This document shows positions 1 through 16,263 of a stretch of DNA of 64,000 nucleotides, one piece after another; position 1 is the first letter of the stretch, and each line of letters opens with the position of its first letter. Below the pieces are notes generated by a model. The model was not told the DNA's origin. It made no database searches and worked only from the letters and a program-made list of their open reading frames with translations. The position numbers and the translations under genes are program-made. Location: the NCBI RefSeq assembly GCF_009914755.1, contig NC_060936.1, one strand, 5' to 3'. This stretch comes from the human T2T-CHM13v2.0 reference genome, Homo sapiens.

Positions 1-655
1 TGCAGGGGGAAGCCAAGCCCAGAGATAGAGGGGGAGATCCAGTCCTGTTGGTGGTACTTGGATGCCTGGATCAAGCCATGCCTGAAGTCAGTAGCCCAGT
101 CCCAGGAACCTATCCATGGTTTTTGTTTGTTTGTTTTAATGTTTGCACTAGTTTGAGTTGGAGCTCTATCCTTAGCCCTGGAGATGGCCCAGTTAGCCCA
201 GAAGACAGCAGTTAATTTCCACCCACAGCAGCACCTAATGGTGGTCTGTATCAGCAGACCCTCCAGGCAGGGAGGCGAGGACCTGAGAACAAGCTGAAAT
301 GCAGCCCTCTGGGATGGGGAGGAGGAAGCTCTGATTTGGTTTTGCATCCTGAAGACTACAGGTCAATTGTTTGTTTTCATCCGGATTTGAAACCCGGACA
401 CAAGTTGCTATCTGCTGCTAAGGATGCTGGAGTTTACTCTGTGGACATCAGCTGAAAGTGCTTTCTCTGACAAGGCTAACTTTTCTCCCTTGAAGGACTT
501 AGTGTAGCCAGTCACAAGGGGAAGGGAGAAAGGATCAGACAACTGAGTGTGGACAGAGGTCTTGTTGGGCAGGTTGGGTGCTAACTGAACACTCCCTACG
601 ATGGCCACTGGTCACGTGCCAGGTTCTGGCCTCTTTCCACACAATCCTCATGTGA

Positions 656-1003
<348 letters not shown>

Positions 1004-2876
1004 TAGAAGAGAAAACCCAGGCTCAGAGATGAGCAGACTTCTCCAAGTGCACATAGCAGGTAAAAGGAGGGGCCAGGCTAGGAACCCAGGCTGGCTCAGA
1101 CCCAATCCCCCTGGGCTTAATGCCTTTCCGTAAATCCTGAACCTTTGCAAGGGTTAGATCCCAAAACATGAGAGCATCCTGTAGACCAAGCTCCACTCCT
1201 CCTGCCTCCCTGACTTCCTGGCTAATTCAGCCAATGGCATCATTCAGATCCTCATCAAAAGCCTCATGCTCTCCATGCCAAGAGCCCACACTAGGGTGGG
1301 CTGCCCTCTTTCCCGATTGGCAGATTTTTCAGCCCTTGATTGGCAGATTCTGTAGCCCCTAAACCACTCAGAGGAACCTCACATTTCTGCATGCACAGTG
1401 GGCTCCTCCACATCACAAATGTAAATGTGGACTGGGTTATCCCCATTTCTACTCCTTTCTTTGGCCTCCCCAATTGATTATTTTATTTATTATCTTGTTA
1501 TTTTGCCTTCCTCTGCTCCAAAAGTCAGTTGGCCTTTTTTCTCAGGGTCATTCTTTTCCCCTAACGTTTTACTATGAAAATTTCCAAATGCCAAAAAGTC
1601 AAAATATTTCATAGCACTCACCCCAACCCACCATCTTGATGCCACCATTGACATCTGACTGTGCTTGTACCTTCTTTAACACCATTCTCTCCATCTGTCC
1701 ATCTCTCTGTGAATGCATGTTATTATTTTGTCACATTTCAGAGTAAATTGCAGACATTAATACATTTCTCCAGAGTTATTTTTGCATTTCAAAACCAGTT
1801 GTTTGTTTTGTAAATCACTTCCTGAGCTTTTTTGCAGCTGAGAGCACATCCAGATCAACAGAGCTGTGTTGAGACGAAGCAGCCAGCCGCGTGGCCAGAG
1901 AGGGAGCTCCAGTTCTCACAGTGCACACAGCACCAGAAAAACGCTTTTTTTCCATTATTTTATGAGCATATGCCACAGGCTGAGCACTGTGAGAGGGTGC
2001 TGCCATGAGCAAGGCAAGCCACTCCTGCCCTTGGGGACTGATATCCTGGGGTTCCCAACAGGTAGAAATTGCAAGTGGCTAACCATAAGGAGATGTTTAG
2101 GGTCACGACTAGTCAAAACAGTGACTGTTAAATCCAGAAATGTCCAGGGTCCACTTTTCAGAGTTCTTGTGACAGGAACGTGATAGAGAAGAGAACAAGG
2201 ACCATCCACACAGGCCACAGAAAGGTTCTGAATGACCACCACGCACAGCAAAGCCTCCCTATGGCTTCTGCTAACTCAACCAGTGTGGACAAATCAGCCC
2301 TCTTCTGGGCACTGGCCGTGCAGCCGATGCACCGAGCCACGCTGCTTGACGTCCAGACAGATCTGCCGAAAATGCCACTTCCTTGTACTAAGTGCCCTTG
2401 GGACAAAAGTATCACTCAATCCCATAAGACATGGCATGAGTCCTGGGGCCCAACTTCAGCTATGCGAGAGCATCTTGTTACTACCGTGAACCAACCAGTC
2501 TAAACTGTCAGTTCACCTCCAGGTGAGCACTGGCTGTTTCTCCTGGGGAACCTCTTCCCCCTTGGCCTTTGTCTGGCTGACTCCTACTCATCCCTCAAAA
2601 CCCAACTCAAATGGCACTTCCCCCAGGCAGCCTTCTTTGACCACCTCTCCCATGGGTTGGGAGCCCTCCTCTGTGCTCTGACAGCCCCTGTTCTCTCTCT
2701 TTTGTGCAACATATGTGAAACAGATTTCTAACTAAAACACACAGCTAGGGATCCCTAGGTGTTTCCGGTTGCTGAACCAGGGCTGGATTTTGGAGAACAG
2801 TCTGCTGACAGAGAGGTGGTCCTCTCCTGGGAGGGGAGGTGAGAGGATGCTCCTGAGGATGTTCTGTATTTTGTAA

Positions 2877-3248
<372 letters not shown>

Positions 3249-3254
3249 TAGTAT

Positions 3255-4250
<996 letters not shown>

Positions 4251-4820
4251 GAGTCTAGAAGCAATTGAACTCAAAAGTCATTGCACCTTTTTACTTGCAT
4301 GCCTCGATCGTCACGGACGGGATATATAGACCCCACCTGTGACCCGGACATCCAATTCCTCTGCCTCTTGCTTCCCTCGCTCACCCAGCTGGCCCCGCCC
4401 CGCTGCAGCCACGCCTCCCTCTCTTCTCTCCCACCTGCTCCCCATTCTGCGATGATGCTGAAATCCAGACGCCCGCAGACCCAGGCGGTGGCAGAACTCC
4501 TGGGGGCCGGTGGAGAAGGAAGCAGCTGGCCAGCCAGGCTCATTCTCCGTGAGGCGGCACCCAAGGTACTTTGTTCATCTTTCCCCATCTCACTCCCACT
4601 GCCTGAACCTTTCTGGGAGCCTCCTCTTCCCTTTAGTTGCCGCCAGGGTCACCTGCAGGCCGCACAAGTGTAAGGCCTTTCTCAGTTCAAGTCAGAGGAA
4701 TGTTCCGTGTCCCTAGCCCTCGGGTCTGCCTTATCTCAGTTCACAGGCCCACCCTGCGATCCGCTCCTCACTCTGTCTTAGAATCTTCTCACCCTTCCCC
4801 TCACCAGCTCCCAAGCGTAG

Positions 4821-5644
<824 letters not shown>

Positions 5645-6393
5645 TCAATGATGGAAGGTGGGAAGCACCCCCCTAGAGAAGATCAGAGATGCTTCCACCT
5701 GTTGGGGGGCACTTACCCCACAGGAGGAAGCCTGGGCAGCCTTGGGGTCAGAGGATGTGGGTCCTAGAGATGAGCCCGGTTGTCCCTCTCCTGGGAGTGT
5801 TTGCTTCTGTCCCGTGGCAACCTGTGAGTGACTGTAGAAGAGCTGGACAGGTTCTTGTGGACTGGACACCCCTTGGGGATGGCCTGGCCTGGCTCTTTGG
5901 CTGCTGTTGGATTTGCCCACATTTCAGCCGCCAGTGAGATCTCTGTCCTGCTTTGACTCTTGAGGGTTTTGATTCCAGAGATCAGAGGTCCAGCATCTAT
6001 ACCCACAGGATCAACAGTCAACACAACCAGCATCCTCCAAAGGAGGTGATGCTTAGCTCCAGCACCTCATCTCCTACTTCTGATCCATCTTCTTATTCCT
6101 TTCCCTGAACTTCCCACTGACCACTCTTTAGGAGCCTACACTAGGTCATTACAGTGCCATGGAGGGGCGAGGAGACCTGCAGACTTGGGGTTAAATCCCA
6201 GTCACGTAACCTCAGAGAGTTTTTGTTCCTATGTAAACCAGCAAACAGATGGTGTCAGCTGAGGCCTCTGAGATGTGATAAAAGACCGTGGGGAAGCACA
6301 GTGTCATTTGAATCCCATCTCTAGCCTTTACTAATCATACCTAAGCTACCTAGCCTCTCTGAGCCTCAGTTTTCTCTTCTGTAAAATGGGGAT

Positions 6394-7125
6394 GTATTTA
6401 TTGTCTATGGCTGCTGTAAGAATCCCCACAAATTTAGTGGCTTAAAACAATATAAATTTATCATCCTACAGTTCTGGAGGTCAGAAGTCCAACATGTGTC
6501 TCCCTGGGCTAAAATCAAGGTGTCAGTGGGGCTGCGGTCCTTCTGGAGGCTCTAGGGGAGAGAATCCATTCTCTTGCCTTTTCCAGCGTCTAGAGGCTCC
6601 ATTCCATCCTCACAGCATCTTTAAATCTGACACTGACTCTCCTGCCTCCCTCCTTTACCCATAGGACCCTTATGATTACATTGGCCTACCTTGATAACCT
6701 GGGGTAATCTTCCACCATTTTTTTTTTTTTTTGAGACAGTGTCTTGCTCTGTCACCCAGCCTAGAGTGTGGTGGTGCAATCACAGCTCGCTGCAGGCTCG
6801 ATCTCCTGGACTCAAGTGATTCTCCTGCCTCAGCCTCCTGAGTAGCTGAGACTACAGGTGTGCACCACCCTGCTTGGCTAATCCTTTGTTTATTTATTTA
6901 TTTTTTTTGTAAAGATGGAGTCTTAGTATGTTGCCCAGGCTGGCCTCAAACTCCTGGGCTCAGGCAATCCCTCTGCCTCCCAAACTGCTGGGATTACAGG
7001 TGTGAGCCACCACACCCGGCAATTCGACCTATTTTAAGGCCCCTGATTAGCAAACATAATTCCATCTGCATCTTTTATTCCCACTTGCCTGGTAATAACA
7101 TATTCGCAGGTTCCAGGGATTAGGA
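6394..7125. mobile_element. MLT1 (MaLR LTR, MLT1C-like) interrupted by an AluJ (6718-7020, minus)
   Basis: tagtggcttaaaacaa...cagttctggaggtcagaagtcc...aaatcaaggtgtcag...ggttccagggattaggac. Confidence 0.8.
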
Positions 7126-8089
7126 CCAGGGAGGAAAATAAGGATAGATTGTGTCCTGGTATACATTGCAGGGAATAAGCTCCCTATACATGCTAGTGAA
7201 TGCTGTTACTATTTTTGTTGCTAGAATGTGGGTGATTTCTCATAGAAGGGGAAGAAAAGCTTTAGAAACATGATCTCTGAGCCTCAGTTTCCTCATCTGG
7301 GAAATGGGAACATCCCACTGGTTGTGCAGGCTGTGGTGCGGTTCCGGGGAGATGCTGCCTGACTAGTGTTGAACTCTGTGCAGCACACGGCAGGTGCTTA
7401 CATGACGGCAATTTGCGTTTTTTCTCCCATTAGTTGCTCAACCCCAGAAGGAGTCTCATTCCCCCCATGTCTCCTGTATGCTTTCTTCTGGTGTCATCAT
7501 GGCCAGCTGGCACTCTGGCTGTGAGCAGAGCTCTGCCTAGAGCTTGTGACCCTGGCATTTTTGCCTGGACTCTGCACACCTGACTCCCCCTTGCCCATGG
7601 CCAGGAACAGAAGTCAGACTCAACTGTGGCTCCCAGCCCTTTCCTGGTGGTGACCCAGTGGCTGGGCTCCATTCTCCCAGCTGAGCACTCCAGGATATGG
7701 AGGGTGCCCCTGTCCCCTAGCTCCTGCAAAGTCCCTGGGGTATGCTCATTGGCTGTGAACACCATGGCCTAGGTCACTTGTTCCCCACTGCAGCCAATTT
7801 CAGAGGGTGGCTGGGGGATGCAATGCTCTTTTTGGCCAGGCTGGGTTCACAGGGTCATTTAGGAGCCAAGCCAAGAGAGGATGTTACAGGTGCTGGGCAG
7901 AGAAAGCCAGGCTGCCGCAGGCACCCTCTCCCTACCCCATGCCTGGCCTCCACCAAGCACTTCCTGACACCACCCATAGCCCATCCTCCCAGACAAACTT
8001 CCTCACTCATGAAACGTTGCATGTGCACGAATCTGGTCTCCCCTGAGGCTGCAGGCCACTTCCTGGGTGGGCCTAAGAGTTAGACTCCT

Positions 8090-8371
<282 letters not shown>

Positions 8372-8954
8372 CTAATTAACACATCCTTTGCCTGTTATAT
8401 CTTGGACAGCAAGTCACCTGCTTTATTCCCCTGAGCCTCAGTTTCTTCATCTGTGAAATGGGTGTAGTAACAAATCAGACATGCTTCCTAGGGCTGTTAT
8501 GAGGACCAAATGAGCTAATTTACAGCAGTGACTAGTGCAGGGCCTGGCATATAGCAGGTGCTGGAAGGGGTGTGTCTCTTTCCATCTTGTCTTTTCTGAC
8601 ATGAGGTACACACCTGAGCTGTGCCACTGAGCTCCAGGACACACACTCAGCCAACCCTACCTCTCCAAGCCTCTGCTCTGAGTGGTAAATGGCGTTCACG
8701 ATCCCTGCCTGAAATGATGCCTGTCAAGCAGCAGGTCTCAGGGACAGTAAATGGAGGCGGTGCTCATTGTAACCTTCATGAAAAACTTCCCCCAGCTTCT
8801 GGTGCGATGGGAACTTGGTGTCAGAATGCCTGGTTCTGAGTGGTGTCACCTCTCTGGGCCTCAATTTCCCCATCTATAAATGGGATCTCACCTGTAAGGG
8901 GTGAGTGAGTGATGTCATTATCCTTTATCTCCCTTTGACCTTCTCACGAGCCAC

Positions 8955-10652
8955 AGAGCTGCCATTCAGCCTTTATTGATAGAAGACAGTTGCTCAATTC
9001 TACACTTACAGTCTTGATGTTGCCCAAACACGGAGTCTTTGTGAATAACAGTTTCAACATCTTATCAGGGGTCATGTTACACAAAGCAGATGAGCAGTGC
9101 AGGTCAGACGGGTAGCACTGGGATTGTGTCTAAGGGTGGTGGATACTCGGTAGAAAGTTCCAGAACTGGGAAAAACTTAAAGCTCGCCCTTCAAGGCGGG
9201 GCTTAATGCCAAAACTCCCAGGCAGCTGGCTGAGCTGTTGATTAAACAGAACATCCTGGCTCTAGGGTTCGGGAACTCCCAGACACCAAGTCAACATCCA
9301 TCTGGTGGAAAGAGGGGGATGGTGCGTGAGGCTGCAGCTTCTCCAATTTTGTCTCAGCTTTGCTGGGAGAGCATTTTTCACATTTGACTAGCTCACTCCC
9401 CTGTCTCTCTTCTAACCCAGCTATCTGCGGAACTTGCCACTTGGGGAGTCAGTAATTAGCAAGGAGAGAAAAAGAAGCATAAAAACAGCTGCAGGGCAAA
9501 GGGAGGTGAGGAAGTGCCAATAAATATCATGCGTTGAAGTTTTGTCCACCACTTGCCACGTGGTTCGAGCTTTACGTGGTTCAGTTGGCTTTCATTCCAT
9601 CAGGGGTGTCTTAAATCCCAGTACAAAAGCACCCCCCTCCAGTTCCTCCCTCTCCCATCGCATTTTCCCCTTTGAAAGCCCCCCAAGCCCCCAAACAATG
9701 GCACCGCCCCTCTTAGGTACATGCAAGAAGAGATGTGAATCATGAACAGGTAGAAAAATATCTGGTCTCTAATACGGAAAAAATGGGATGTTTCACAGTA
9801 TCAACAGTGCTTGCTGGTTCTAAAAAGTAGCCCCAGGCTGCCAAGGGATTATGAGCCAGTTAGAGATGTCATTCTCTGGCCTGTAGGAGTTAGGATGGCT
9901 GGGAGGTAGGGAGGGAGAAGGAGTCCCATTCCAGAGGCCTCGGGATGGGTTTGCAGAAGTGGGGTGGATGGGCCACAATAAATATAAATAAATTTACACA
10001 AGGTCACGGTACCCGGCATGGCCCAGGAATCTGCGCTAATAAAATTCTAACAGACTATCGGAAAGGTGGGGCTGAAGGCCACCTGGACCGGCTCCCATTT
10101 CAGAGTTCAGCTTGTCCTGTCCAAGAGAGAGGCTCAAGCTTCTCCGGCTCCATTTCCCGCCCTGGGCCTGTCCCCCGGAGGCTGCGGCTGAGGTTTGATC
10201 CACTCAGCCATTTCCCATGAGGATGAATTCAAGGGCTTTCACCCCAGGGTGTTTCCTTAATGCACCAAGGTGTCCCAAAATGGGGTGCAGGTCACTGAGG
10301 TCACGCAGCCAGGATCCAGGATGGAGAAGTCTCACTCAACACGGGCAGGCATTGCGGCTCAGGCCTCGGAGGAGTGTCAAGGGGTCGGGGGATGCTGGGT
10401 TGCTTGTCCACCTTCCTCCATTCTTCTGACTTGGAAGAGCCCCCAGAAACTGCTCCGGAAGCTCCAGGGGGAGGCACGAGAAGGAGAGGGGCTGCTGAGG
10501 GGAACCGCTTCCCTGTCCAGCCGGCAACTTCGCCACAGGTCCAGGAGAGGCTTCGGGGACAATGAGGGACCTGCCTTCTGGGAACACCCTGTTCTAGTCA
10601 GTTCTCTGCCCAAGCCGGGTGCCGGGGTTCCAGGGCAGGTGAGGCTGACAGC
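8955..10652 (-). other. FOXN4: FOXN4 3' UTR (~1.7 kb)
   Basis: Essentially repeat-free sequence between the stop codon and the first minus-strand AATAAA noticed; contains AU-rich elements. Confidence 0.75.
8972..8977 (-). terminator. Polyadenylation signal AATAAA of FOXN4
   Basis: TTTATT on the plus strand, followed on the minus strand by a GU-rich element (TCTGTGGCTCGTG). Confidence 0.75.
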
Positions 10653-10912
10653 TCAAAGCAGGGCTATAGGCTTGTTCCCCTGTGCACCCAGGTACTGGGA
10701 GGAGGAGCTGGTGCCCGATGCAGCCACACTGTCCGGAGTGGAGTACGCTGTGTAGAGACCCGTCACCTGCAAGTCTGGGAAGGACTGGTCGCTGCCACCC
10801 GAGGCAGGGGTTAGGCCTGAGGCCCCCAGGTCACAGCCAAGCGGGGAGTCTGCAAAGGCGCCCAGTGTGTCCAAGCTGAATCCCTCATCCTTCATCTCCT
10901 CCCACAGGTTCC
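10653..10912 (-). CDS. FOXN4: FOXN4 exon 10 coding part ([20 protein letters not shown]...GNKPIALL*), acidic C-terminal region
   Basis: Acceptor tctttgaAAG|GG; TGA stop at 10655-10653; 260 nt. Confidence 0.96.
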
Positions 10913-11014
10913 CTTTCAAAGACAAAAGCATTAGGGTGAGCTGGCTTCCCATCAAATGACCTGAGTTCGAATCCCCCATCTTAGGGAAGAGGCAGAGACC
11001 ATGTGTGGTGTCTA

Positions 11015-11348
<334 letters not shown>

Positions 11349-12116
11349 GCATGGAAGGGCCAGAGTCGCAGCAGCCCCGGGCCCTCACCTTCCCACTGAA
11401 TGTCCTTGGGAAAGTCACTTCCATCTCAGAACCTCAGAATAAGATGGAAATGATCAGTGAACCCAGCTCCTAAGGCTGTGGCACGGGTTAAACAAGAGGA
11501 CTTGTGAAAAGCATTTAGTTCTCATGGTATCATTATGGTCAAAGCCAGGGGGACAAGACAATGTTTCTCTTTCTTCAGCACGTTGAACTACACAACAATC
11601 CAGGGGGAAAGAGGCAGGGAGGTGCAAATATACCCACTTCACAGCTGCAGCTGACTTGCCACTTGTCCATTTCCCTCGCTAGAGACAGAACTCAGGGCAG
11701 AGGCTGTCTCCACCCTTGGCTGGAACATAAGAGCTGCACCTGTGCTAGTGAATGGATGAAGTCTGAGCCTTCACTGAAACCTGAAATTCCCTTGTTCGTT
11801 CATTCATCACGTCCCATTTATTGGAGATGATCATGCGGCAAGGCAGCAGGTCAGAGTGTGACCTGGCATGGGGCTGGCACATGTGAGTTGAAGCAGTTAC
11901 TGATGAAAACTTTGGGGTCAGACCGAGGTTTAACTCCGGACTCTGCCACTTACTAGCCAGGTGACCTTGGGTGAGTGACTTCACTTCTCTCTGCCTCAGT
12001 TTCCTCATTGGCAGAACAGGGATGTGGAATGGTGGTGACCTCAGGTGATGCCTATGGAATGCTTTGGCCCGGTATACAGCAAATGCTCATTCCCTGTTGG
12101 CTGCCATTGGCTATAA

Positions 12117-12257
12117 CAGGTTGAACATCCCTAATCCAACCAAACATCTGAAATCTGAACTGCTCCAACGAGCATGACATTTGAGTGTCTTGTCGGAGCT
12201 CAAAAATTTTTGGATTTTGGAGCATTTTGGATTTCCGGATTAGGGATGTTCAACTTG
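12117..12257. mobile_element. Tigger4/Zombi-type MITE in intron 9
   Basis: Terminal inverted repeats CAGGTTGAACATCCCTAATCC / GGATTAGGGATGTTCAACTTG (20/21 matched), TA on the right flank. Confidence 0.8.
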
Positions 12258-12265
12258 TAAAGGTT

Positions 12266-12279
12266 GTTGCTATGGGAAC
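12266..12279. promoter_or_regulatory. RFX X-box in intron 9
   Basis: GTTGCTATGGGAAC matches the X-box consensus. Confidence 0.5.
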
Positions 12280-12388
12280 AAGACTGTGGGGCAAATGCAG
12301 GCAGTACAGTCCTCTCCCTCACTCCCTTTGGCCCCCGGGCCTCTCCCCTCCCCATTCCATTCCCATCACTCCATTCCTCCAGCCTCAC

Positions 12389-12781
12389 CCTGCAGAGCGA
12401 AGTCCATGATGCTCGGGTCGAGGGCATCCACCTCAGTGTTCATGTCGGTGCTGATGTTGATGAAGTCTACAGGAGCCCTTCCCATGGCGGGGTGGGGGAG
12501 CGGGCTGGGGCTGAGGTCCGGCAGGGCGTGCAGTGGCGGGGTCTGGGCTGGTGCTGGAGAGTCTGGAGCAAGATGTGCCTGGGGCTGGACCTGGTGGTGC
12601 AGGGGGACTGACTGCAGGGACAGGGTCATCAGTGGCTGGGGTGGGAGCTGGGAGACAGCCAGGCAGCCATGCGCCACGGCCACTGTGGTGGCGTGAGTCA
12701 GCACGGGGGCCTCTGGTTCCCCCGGTTTGCCGGGGCGCCGGCAGCTTTCAGGCCGGTCGGAGATCAGCTTGTCCAACTCCT
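12389..12781 (-). CDS. FOXN4: FOXN4 exon 9 (E-ELDKLISDRPES...MNTEVDALDPSIMDFALQ-G)
   Basis: Acceptor cctgCAG|AG; donor CAGG|GTGAGG; 393 nt; matches ORF 12366..12854. Confidence 0.96.
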
Positions 12782-13158
12782 CTGCAGGCAAGTGGGAGAG
12801 GTCACTCAGAACCCACCCAGCAGTTACCGGGCCCCAGCCCAGGCCTGGGTTCAAATTCCAGTGTCACCACCTGTGTGACCTTAGCAAGCCTCTTGGACAC
12901 TCAGAACCTCTGTCTCCTCACCTATGAAATGACACAGGCATCATCTCATCTCACAACTTACATTGCCACCCATTGTAAATGAAGGTGTCTATTAAATACT
13001 TCTCTGCGTCCTAGCCCATGCTGGGTGTCAATATTTTATTATTTTAAACATCTCTGCCCATCTAGCAAAACATCATACCCTCTGCACACGGTTGTTGTGG
13101 AAATGTAACAAAATCACAGACTGTGCAGAATCTTTGAGGAATAAGAGACGACATCAAA

Positions 13159-13440
13159 GGCTGGGCTCATGCAATCCCAGTGCTTTGGGAGGCTGAAGCA
13201 GGAGGACAGCTTGAGGCCAAGAGTTCAAGATTAGCCTGAACAACATAGTGAGCTACCATCTCTACAAAAAATAAAAAATATGAGCTGGGCTTGGTGGTGT
13301 GTGCCTGTAGTACCAGCTACTTGGGAGGCTGAGGTGGGGGGATCACTTGAGCCCAGGAGGTTGAGGCTGCAGTAAGACATGATTGCACTACTGTACTCCA
13401 GCCTGGGTGATAGAGCAAGACCCTGCCTTTAAAAAAAAAA
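13159..13440 (+). mobile_element. AluJ in intron 8
   Basis: Alu consensus match. Confidence 0.88.
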
Positions 13441-14457
13441 TGTCATCAGATAATAACACTAGCCCCTTTCATCTTTCATCGGGACAGTGCCTTACAGGAC
13501 AGCCCTGTAACCCTAGGGCTTCACTTAAATCTCATAACAGCCCTGCAAGAAGGAGGTAAGGCCGCGATTACAAATCCCATAAGACTGGGACAAAATGTAT
13601 TAACATGCAAGGGGCCCTAGCCACTCCCTGCTACTAAAGAGACATTAAGAAGTGTTGCTGTGGGTTAAAAATCCTTAACACTCTTGGATATAAACAAGTA
13701 AAGACAAATTACTCTCATATTATTTTTGATTAATGGCTATGTCTTGTTGAGTGCAACACAGGGTTGATAGTAGACTGGTAGGGTCCCCAGATCTATTTGG
13801 GTTGTACCCATTTGAGAAATGAGAGCACTTAGAATGTAGAAGGCAAAATAACTTGCCCAAGACTTCACTCCGAATATGTGTCAGTACTGGCCCTGGGTCT
13901 CAAGCCAGACCCCAGAGCTCTCGGTGGGGTGGGCGCGATGTCATACCCCCTCAACTGAGGGACCATTGGCTCCTGCTATAGCCCTTCTCCCTGCCTTGAG
14001 TTGTTCATCCCCAAGCCACACTGCTAGCCCCATTCCTACACCGCATGGTGATACCCAACAGACTCTGGCCATACTCCGAAGGCTGGGGCACAATTAGCCT
14101 CCACGTCACAGTCCCCATGCATATGTCCCTTGGATGGCCCCTCCTCAAATCCATTAATTTTTTTTTTAAAAGCAGATGCAATCCTTTTTCTAATTAGGAA
14201 CAGGATAGAAGTTTTGGAAAATACAGAAATATGTGAAAAATATAAAAGTTATCAATGGTCTCTCCATTCACAGTAAAGATTTTGGTGTATTTCTTCCCAA
14301 ACACACAAGCATATTTATTCTCATTCTCTCACTCGCTCTCTCTCAGATACATACATTTTTGGGAGGGAAGTGAATATGGATATATATGTATTTTAAAATA
14401 TGATCTTGCTGTGGATATTGATTATAACCTGCCCCTTTTCACTTATTGTTTGAGAAC

Positions 14458-14836
<379 letters not shown>

Positions 14837-15407
14837 TAACCAACCCCTATTGTGAGATGTCTGGACTGCTTTCTGTGTTTCACTCTTAGAAATAATTTTG
14901 TGATGGATAACTTTGTTCACAAACCTTCTGCTCAAATCTTTGCTCTTCACAGTACACATCATCAGAAGTAGAATAATTGGACCAATCCATGGGTACCATT
15001 TGCAGGTGTTTGATATATTAGCTTTCCCTCAAAAAGTTTAACAGCTTAAATTCCTATCCATTATATACGAAGCTCTCTATTGTTCCACATCCTAGCCCAC
15101 ACTGAGTGTTACTATTTTAAACATCTCTGACAATGTGGTAGGAAAGCAATGTGTAACCCATGGTTGTGTAGTTTGGCATTTCTGGGCAAGAAACTATGGA
15201 TGACAAGTGAGATCCAACAGCTTTTCCTGTTTTTGATCAGGCCCCTCTACTACTCCTGCCACTGGATAGGGTTGGGGAGGGGGAGGCCTATTTCATAGGA
15301 GGGAGGGAGGTTTGCCAGACGCCTGTCTTCCCATCATCCTGGCTGAGAAGTGTTGGAGACTGGGTAGGGCATAGGCAGAGCTGGGGCTGGGCTGGGAGGA
15401 GGGGCGC

Positions 15408-16221
15408 GTGGTGTGTGTGTGCATGCATATGTGTGCGTGCATGTGTGCGTGTGCGCACACACTAGGGGCTGCCCGGGCCTCTTGGCCATGCTCTGGTGGA
15501 TGGTGGCCAGGTCCTTCCTCTTCCACTTGTGTGTGCGCACGTGTGTGTGCGTGCGTGTGTGTGTGCGCGCTGTGGGCTGTCCGGGCCTCACCAGAGTTGG
15601 CCATGCTCTAGTAGATGGTGGCTAGGTCCTTCCTCTTCCACGTGTGTGTGCGCACATGTGTGTGTGTGCATCCAGGCCTCACCGGGGTTGGCTACGCTCC
15701 GGTGGATGGCGGCCAGGTCCTTCCTCTTCTGTGTGTGTGTGTTTGTGCATTTGTGTGCATTTGTGTGTGTGCGCACATGCTGTGGGCTATCTGGGCCTCA
15801 CTGGGGTTGGCCATGCTCCAGTGGATGCCAGCCAGGTCCTTCCTCTTCTGCGTGTGTGTGTGCACGCATGTGTGTATTGGTCTGTGTGTGCATTTGTGTG
15901 TGTGTGCGTGCTGCAAGCTGTCTGGGCCTCACCGGGATTGGCCATGCTCCAGTGGATGGCAGCCAGGTCCTTCCTCTTCTGCGTGTGTGCGTGCATTTGT
16001 GTGCACAGGTGTGTGAGTGCATTTGTGTGTGTGCGCGCATGTGTGCATCTGGGCCTCACTGGGGTTGCCCATGCTCCGGTGGATGGCAGCCAGGTCCTTC
16101 CTCTTCTGTGTGCGTGTGCGTGTATTTGTGTGTGTGCGCATATTTGTGTGTGTGCGCGTGCGTATGCATCGGCTTCACCAGGGTTGGCCATGCTCTGGTG
16201 GATGTCGGCCAGGTCCTTCCT

Positions 16222-16263
<42 letters not shown>

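Noticed and set aside
9519-9992. AATAAA hexamers on the plus strand (9519, 9977, 9987)
   Set aside because: Wrong strand for FOXN4 and better explained as AU-rich elements of the minus-strand mRNA; no plus-strand transcript is evident.
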